DNA from: Salpingoeca rosetta
Lineage: Eukaryota > Protista > Choanoflagellata
Assembly (NCBI GenBank): GCA_033442325.1
Contig: JAWQFM010000014.1
Coordinates: 416,713-428,685, forward strand
Direction: 5' to 3'
Length of the DNA stretch: 11,973 nucleotides
Part shown: positions 10,065 through 11,973 of the stretch, one piece after another
Position numbering within the stretch: the first letter of the stretch is position 1
Layout of the letters: each line of letters starts with the position of its first letter
Position numbers and translations under genes: made by a program
Notes under the pieces: model-generated
The model's database searches: none
What the model saw: only the letters and a program-made list of their open reading frames with translations
What the model was told of the DNA's origin: nothing

Positions 10065-11707
10065 ATGAAACAAAGACAGCGCGAACAGCCATCAACACGG
10101 CTGCTATACTTGCTGTCCTCCAGTGCCTCTCTGAGTTGCGCAGCCCCACGAGCCAGGACGGCCCTGACCTGGCCTTTCGCTGCCTGCGCAGATCTTGATG
10201 CGTGCGCGTCCGTTGGGTGTGAACAGCACTGCGTGCGAACAACACTGCGTGTGCGGCACTTGCACGCCACACGCTAGTTTCATCGTGTCTTTCACTCTCA
10301 ATGAAACGTCAGCCTACTCTAGCACACGGCTGCGACAGGCAACCCCCACCTCCACGTTCAGCATCCCCAACACCGCAAGCGTGTGGCAAACCATAGCCGT
10401 GACATTTACAATTGATGAGCGCTGCCGATGCCAGCACCAGCGACCGCGCATGCAGCCACCATGACATCCTAGTCATGGGAAAGACCCCGTGGTGTACACG
10501 TGCGCCTCCGGTATCGTCATTTACTACAACACCACATCCAGCAGCACGCCCACCATTCCCTTCACATTGACCCCGTTCATGTGCGCATGCCAGGCTGATC
10601 AGACCTACACCGACACGGAGCTGGCCTGCCGCGACATCAGCGAGTGCAACCCAGGCGCGGTTGAGTGCGCATGTGTCGGCGAGTGGGTTGGCCCGATGTG
10701 CAGTGATGACACCAACAGGCCGCCAGAACGCATCTCCCTCGGCACCACGCGCGTGCCAGAGAACAGCTTCCCGCTGCCCCTCATCACTGTCCCTGTGGAT
10801 GGGTCGGCCATCGAGGCTGCTGTGTGTGCAAAAAAACACCGGCGCCATTGCCCAGCTGTTGGCTGACTTTCTTGTGCGTGTCAACGTTGAAGATACCAAC
10901 TACGCGCCAACAGCCCTGCTACCTGATACCGCCAGTATTGCGGAGAACACGCCTATCGGCACCACCGTGGCCCACATTACTTTTGTGAATCTCAGGCAAC
11001 GCACCGTACAGCGACGCGAGCAACACTGGCTTTGAACAACCTGTGCGTGAGCTCGTACATGCATGCTTGTGTGTGTGTGTGCGTATGTGTGTGTATGTGT
11101 GTGCGTGTGTTTGTGTGTGTGTGTGTGTTTATGTGTATGCGTGTGTGCGTGTGTGTTTGTTTGTGTACATGTTGCTTTTTTGTGCATGGGCATGTGCTGA
11201 ACGCGTTGATGCCAGTGCGTGCTTGTGTTTGTGCACGCAAACACTTTCGGCACTCATTCGTTCGCTCAACATCCACCTGAAATCCGCCCGCTCACCACCT
11301 TCTTCAGAACACGACCTTTGCTCTACTTTGTCGTGGACGATGCTGGCGAGGTCTCGTTCGTTATCGTTCACGACAGGGCCGGCGATGGATCTGGCGGCCA
11401 AATTAACATCGAACTCGACGCCCCAGGTAATGCAGCCACCTGTTTGCTTGCATGCAAGAGAGAATGAGCTTGGGTATTTGAACGCGAGTGCTTGAACTTG
11501 TGTGCTTGAACTTGGGTACTTGGCAGGTTACGCATCGCTACCCTCGCAGGTGTTTGAAATACACTCCATTCAACAAACGCTCACGTGAAGGTTTCCTTGC
11601 ACCACACGCTGTTGACTGTTACAGATCTCATTGGCACGGGCGTGGACCTCGTGCTCGGAGATGATCCAGGACGATACAAGGACCGAAGCACCTGCGAGCG
11701 ATCAACG
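10065..11707 (+). pseudogene. Disrupted EGF/cadherin-repeat cell-surface protein gene (pseudogene or error-rich assembly); segments ~10065-11042, 11308-11426, 11625-11707
   Basis: EGF-like CADLDACASVGCEQHC and CRDISEC..CACVGEWVGPMC; cadherin-type DDTNRPPERISLGTTRVPENS and VNVEDTNYAPTALLPDTASIAENTPIGTTVAHI. Reading through needs several +1 frameshifts and a bypass of TGA 10462-10464. Splice sites 11043 GTGCGT, 11307 AG, 11427 GTAATG, 11624 AG and 11708 GTAAGA are intact. Confidence 0.65.
11060..11170 (+). repeat. Degenerate (TG)n intronic microsatellite
   Basis: TG-rich run downstream of donor 11043. Confidence 0.85.
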
Positions 11708-11973
11708 GTAAGAGGAACAGCATCATCTTTTCTGCGCCTGTCTGGCCTGCTTTGATGTGTCTTATCACAGCTCCAAACACCGCCACAGTCACAAGCTGCG
11801 ACGAAATCCCTCCTCCCCAATGGCGCGTATGCTCAACTCCGACTCACACATCCAACCAAACATCATCATGCGTGTCACATCGTCACATCATCACACCACA
11901 CACCACCATCACTCGTCTCTGCAGAGCACGTCCGATTGCTACACCTTCGATCCAAACACCATGACTGGCTACT

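Noticed and set aside
9973-10068. Poly-Gln short ORF (MVLAAQLHAKQQQQQQQQQ...)
   Set aside because: Only 31 codons with no supporting splice or homology evidence; treated as a trinucleotide repeat.
11527-11549. Extra 23-nt exon (cag|...|gtgttt)
   Set aside because: It would break the frame that already joins 11426 to 11625.

Overview
Eukaryotic, intron-rich genomic DNA with (CA)n/(TG)n-filled GT-AG introns and two N-gaps (1040-1139, 3782-4452). The style suggests a choanoflagellate such as Salpingoeca rosetta (inference, not checked). Three + strand loci are visible. (1) The last four exons of an omega-amidase NIT2-type nitrilase gene (30-890), including a 16-nt micro-exon. (2) A large multi-exon type I membrane protein (~1704-9382). 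Its order is: WCYV Cys module, C-type lectin-like domain, second WCYV module, Thr-rich linker, furin-like repeats, at least 18 TNFR-like 'T-x-T-S-D-R-x-C' repeats, SEA-like module with a G/S-I-L motif, ephrin-receptor-like Cys repeat, one TM helix, and a kinase-less tail with 7 tyrosines including two NPxY motifs. All splice junctions from 4536 onward join in frame. (3) A frameshift-riddled EGF/cadherin-like gene remnant (~10065-11707), fused to a domain I recall from prokaryotic surface proteins. Most ORFs in the supplied track are microsatellite or antisense artefacts.
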